A DNA stretch of 64,000 nucleotides from the human T2T-CHM13v2.0 reference genome, Homo sapiens, in NCBI RefSeq assembly GCF_009914755.1, contig NC_060947.1; one strand, written 5' to 3'. The position numbers were made by a program, and so were the translations under genes. Of this stretch, positions 59,600-64,000 are shown in pieces; position 1 is the stretch's first letter; the number at the start of each line of letters is the position of its first letter. Below the pieces are notes generated by a model. It did not search any database. It was given only the letters and a program-made list of their open reading frames with translations, and was not told the origin of the DNA.

Positions 59600-61285
59600 T
59601 TGGCACTGGCAACAAAGGAATTTTTAATGAGTTTGACAGGGAAAGGACACCCACACAGGATTTTTTGGTTTTCTTCTACACAGGTTTTTAAAAGCCTGGT
59701 TTGGTTTCAGCACATTGAGCTTACAGAAAAAATAAAACGCTAGCAAGTCATCAGACTCTTCAATGAAAATGTATTTCACATTAAACACAAGGTACATATC
59801 ATGCAAATGAGGCATCACCATGGTCACAATGGTGCTGTGAGGTACAACAAATCACAAGAAAACAGACATTTAGCAAAATAAGGTTCCAGGAAAGATGAGA
59901 GGCATTTTCTGAAAGCCAGACCATGCTATGGTTTCTGTGTGCCTGTCATAAAGGGACTTGGCCAGTATTTGCCGAGATGGACAGCACCGCATTATGTGGA
60001 GGCATGTACTTTATTGAGTAGAGACACATACACAGACATATAATTTCTGTAACTAATACATTCTTAAATGTAGCTGGCTGTAAAAGCACATGAACAAGAT
60101 TACTACTGAGACTTCTTTGTATCTCCTGGTTGCAAACCTCTCTCAGAATTATGAATCTTTCCAAACCCTTAATTATACAAGTCAAAACAAAAAGTTTCAA
60201 AGAAGAAAAGGTCATTTTAATTTGAAAGCCACATTTCGCCACAAGAAACAAAATTAAGAAAACACACCATTATATGGCATAAAATGTGTGGAGTATACAT
60301 TCTAGTGTCATTTTTCCCATTCAGATTTTTTCTTGAAGTCCATTAAAGTGACATACTGGGTCCAATGTGGGCCCCCTATTGTTTCAGAATGCTATGGTTT
60401 TTGTTTGCGCCTGGTTTTATTAAAGCTGGGCAAACACAGGAGCAAACAAAGAAAACTCCCAAGATCCAATAGAAAAAAAATTAGCAAGAACATTGAAAAC
60501 CAACCACCTGCACGCGAGACATAGGATTCATTCAGCTGGAAAGCCACTCCATGGTCTGGAGTGACTACAGCATGAAGATTTTAAGGTGTGACACGAAAGA
60601 GTCCTTGCTAGATTCAGTTGCCCATGTATACACGAATATGCATAAGAGAACAGAAATCATTACTGACTGTTTTGACTTCCTTCCTCAACCAAACTTACTA
60701 CTTTAACCCCAGAAGAATAATGTGGGGCAATGCATTTCTGCAGGTGGCAAAGCTTAACAACAATTTTTTAAAGGCTTCTTGATACTGCTTTCCAACAGAG
60801 AAACTCTGGAGATGGGGAACCTCCTGAATTTCTTCTCTGTCTCAAAAAAGACAGGGAGATATACAGTGCAAGTTGAGTATATGTTGAACTAGAGTTTGGG
60901 TAAATGTCTAGAATATTTTACAGGAAAAGACATCTAAATGTTTATGTGCTCCAACTTTGGGAATAAGAATGGTTATAAAGCGAATTGCCGAGCCAGTCAC
61001 TCAGGTTATTCAGAGGGTCACTATGATAATAGAGAAGTTCAGGAAGTGCTTTATCAGTAGCTGAAGCTCATAAACAGAACTGTAAAAGGAAACTTTGCTA
61101 AAGCCCAGCAAGGTGAAAGTTTCAAGGTTTCTACCAAGAGTGGCCAGTGTTTGACATACTACCTAGGAATACAGTTACATTCCGAGCTAATAATTTGGGA
61201 TCCAGCGGTAAGGGTGACAGAAGCTTCTTCAAGCAGCTAGTAGCTCGGATTTGACTATCAGCAGCTTTACGGGTTCTCCAAACAC
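59600..61285 (-). other. MAP7D2: MAP7D2 terminal non-coding 3'UTR exon (ends approximate)
   Basis: Candidate acceptor tggttttgtttctgaattgacacag|GTG at 61285; ~1.7 kb repeat-free AT-rich sequence; poly(A) hexamers on minus strand at 60416-60421, 60010-60015 (AATAAA) and 59623-59628 (ATTAAA). Confidence 0.65.
59623..59628 (-). terminator. MAP7D2: Candidate distal poly(A) signal (ATTAAA) of MAP7D2
   Basis: ATTAAA at the end of the repeat-free UTR block just before Alu-rich intergenic DNA; proximal AATAAA alternatives at 60010 and 60416. Confidence 0.5.
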
Positions 61286-61432
61286 CTGTGTCAATTCAGA
61301 AACAAAACCAGATGAGATCAAAGGGAAAACCAAGTATTGTGCAGTTTGTAGCACTATTCTCTCACTAAAACGATCACAACACACTGTGGCACTTTCTACC
61401 TTCTTGGCAATTATATTTTCCTCCTGGGCTTA

Positions 61433-61650
61433 TACAGTATTTCTCAACAGAAGTGATAGAGTATTTTACATAGGACTATTCTTTTAGATGGGTCAAATTT
61501 TCCTTGTATGGAACTTTTCTAAAACCTGCAGATATTTAATGTCTCAAGCTTTGTCTTTCAAATGCCCCCAGCCACTCTGGCAACAAAAACCATCAACGTA
61601 TGTCCAAACGTCTCCTGGTGGGGGTGGTACCACTTTTGGTAGAGAAGAAT
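61433..61650. mobile_element. MER20-like hAT fragment
   Basis: cagtatttctcaac...caaatgccccc...gtccaaacgtctcctgg pattern. Confidence 0.45.
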
Positions 61651-62264
61651 TTGAGAACTAGACCCAATCATAATTAAAAATATACAAGCAGTGTGAATAA
61701 AATAATTTGAGATTTTTCTTTTTGGACAGGGGTTTTGCATTTCTTTTAGAGATGTAAGAAATAAATTTGAGGACCTATGAATACTCTAATAAATTTTGTG
61801 GATTCTCTGTTCCTTACTGTATAGTGAGGTAAGTGAACTGAAGGGAAACTAATTTTAAAGTCAAAGTATGTTAAAAACACAAAAAACCTCTTAATAAATA
61901 TTAAGCCACGTAACTGTCAGGGAAATAGAATGCTCAGGTGATTTAGTGTTTTAAGTGTCCAAGAAGGCAGCTGCTTTTCCAAACCAGTGATACAGTTTAC
62001 TCTAAAAGTGACCCACCACACACCAAGAACCAAGAGAAATGGGCTCTCAAACTTGTCTTATAGGCAAGAGCTGAGGTCAGGTAGAAACAAGTATACAAAA
62101 AACACAGTGACCTCAGCTCTGTAGCCTCTCCCACCTGTTTCCTCATTTGAAAAATAAAAACACTGGACTGTTATTTTGGCCAGTGAATTTGTTATGGGAG
62201 TGAAGTATAAAAAATAAAGTGACTGAGAAAATGCCGAGAATATAAAAATGCTTTTAAGAATCTA

Positions 62265-62895
<631 letters not shown>

Positions 62896-63689
62896 AGAAT
62901 CTGAAGTGGGAGGAGCAATTGGAATTATTAAATTATTAAAGGATTTGGTGACAGACTCTAATTATGTTTTCCTTATTCAAAAACAAGCCCCAAACTGAAG
63001 TAAATAAAATGTGAGGTATATGTAACTAAGTATACCTTACTACAGAGTGTATATAACTCATAGACATTCTTGCTCAAATGAGAATAGCTTCTGGAAGCAC
63101 TTTGGCAAAAATAAAAAAAGGCCAAAGGTGGGGAAAAAACCTTCAAGACACAAAAACTGCAGTTCTCTCTCCCTCAGGTATGATCCAAGAATAGCTGTCT
63201 GCTTTGGAAGAATCCAGAATGGGTCAAGAGAATAGCAAATCCTGTGGCCCTGTATATGAATGATTCTAGATAGAATGTGGGATGTCACTGAGCAAAACTA
63301 GAGGTGGGGAAATTCATCTTATTCATATCACCTTGCAACACTACTAGAGTATTCTTTCCTTGCCCCCTAAAAAAGCTACTCAGGCTGGACTGGTAGTCAA
63401 ACCTTTAGCCAGTGTTCTCAACTTTCCCATCTACACACCCTAAATAGCAGGGTTAGGACAAGGCGGCTCGGCGCTGAAGGCTCGCAGATGAATTAATTGA
63501 AATCTGTCTCAATTCTTGTGTGTGTTGTAGTATACCATAATATATTCATGTTTGCGTTTTTCAAATAAAATTTGACCATCCAAGAGGCTGAGTGATATAC
63601 ATCCTATCTTCACAAACCCCAGTTAAAGGGTTATGAAGTTAGAATATAATCAAAAGACTGTACCTTTTATTAAAGGGATGCTGTATTTG

Positions 63690-63998
<309 letters not shown>

Positions 63999-64000
63999 AT

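Overview
Primate (very probably human) genomic DNA, recognisable as Xp22.12. The minus strand carries the 5' two-thirds of BCLAF3 (CXorf23; BCLAF1/THRAP3 family): a non-coding exon 1 in a CpG island (~43809-43960) containing a pure (CGG)16 repeat, then seven coding exons (23126-23200, 18982-19551, 17946-18608, 8294-8469, 6681-6795, 5891-5954, 3656-3771). All have GT-AG boundaries and compatible phases, giving 1745 coding nt (MARSRSRSPRWKHRSLSP...IASAAER); the gene runs off the left edge. About 15.6 kb upstream on the same strand is the 3' end of MAP7D2 (last coding exon 63664-63939 ending ...PLNTFC*, plus a wholly non-coding terminal exon ~59600-61285). The rest is dense interspersed repeat: >45 Alus, L1M/L2/MIR, a full-length Tigger1, several MITEs, LTR40/LTR16/MLT1 solo LTRs, an hY3 Y-RNA retropseudogene and microsatellites. 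Nearly all short ORFs in the track are Alu/L1/microsatellite artefacts. Best leads (all inference needing data): a GTG-initiated polyglycine uORF across the CGG repeat (FMRpolyG/uN2CpolyG-like architecture); three candidate poison exons in BCLAF3 introns; a stop-free exon 3-4 circle flanked by inverted Alus; a 103-codon intron-4 read-through with a downstream AATAAA; a recursive-splice-like site beyond the MAP7D2 poly(A) signal; a tailless Alu; and apparent gene conversion between neighbouring Alus. Repeat boundaries are approximate and subfamily names are from memory of consensus sequences.
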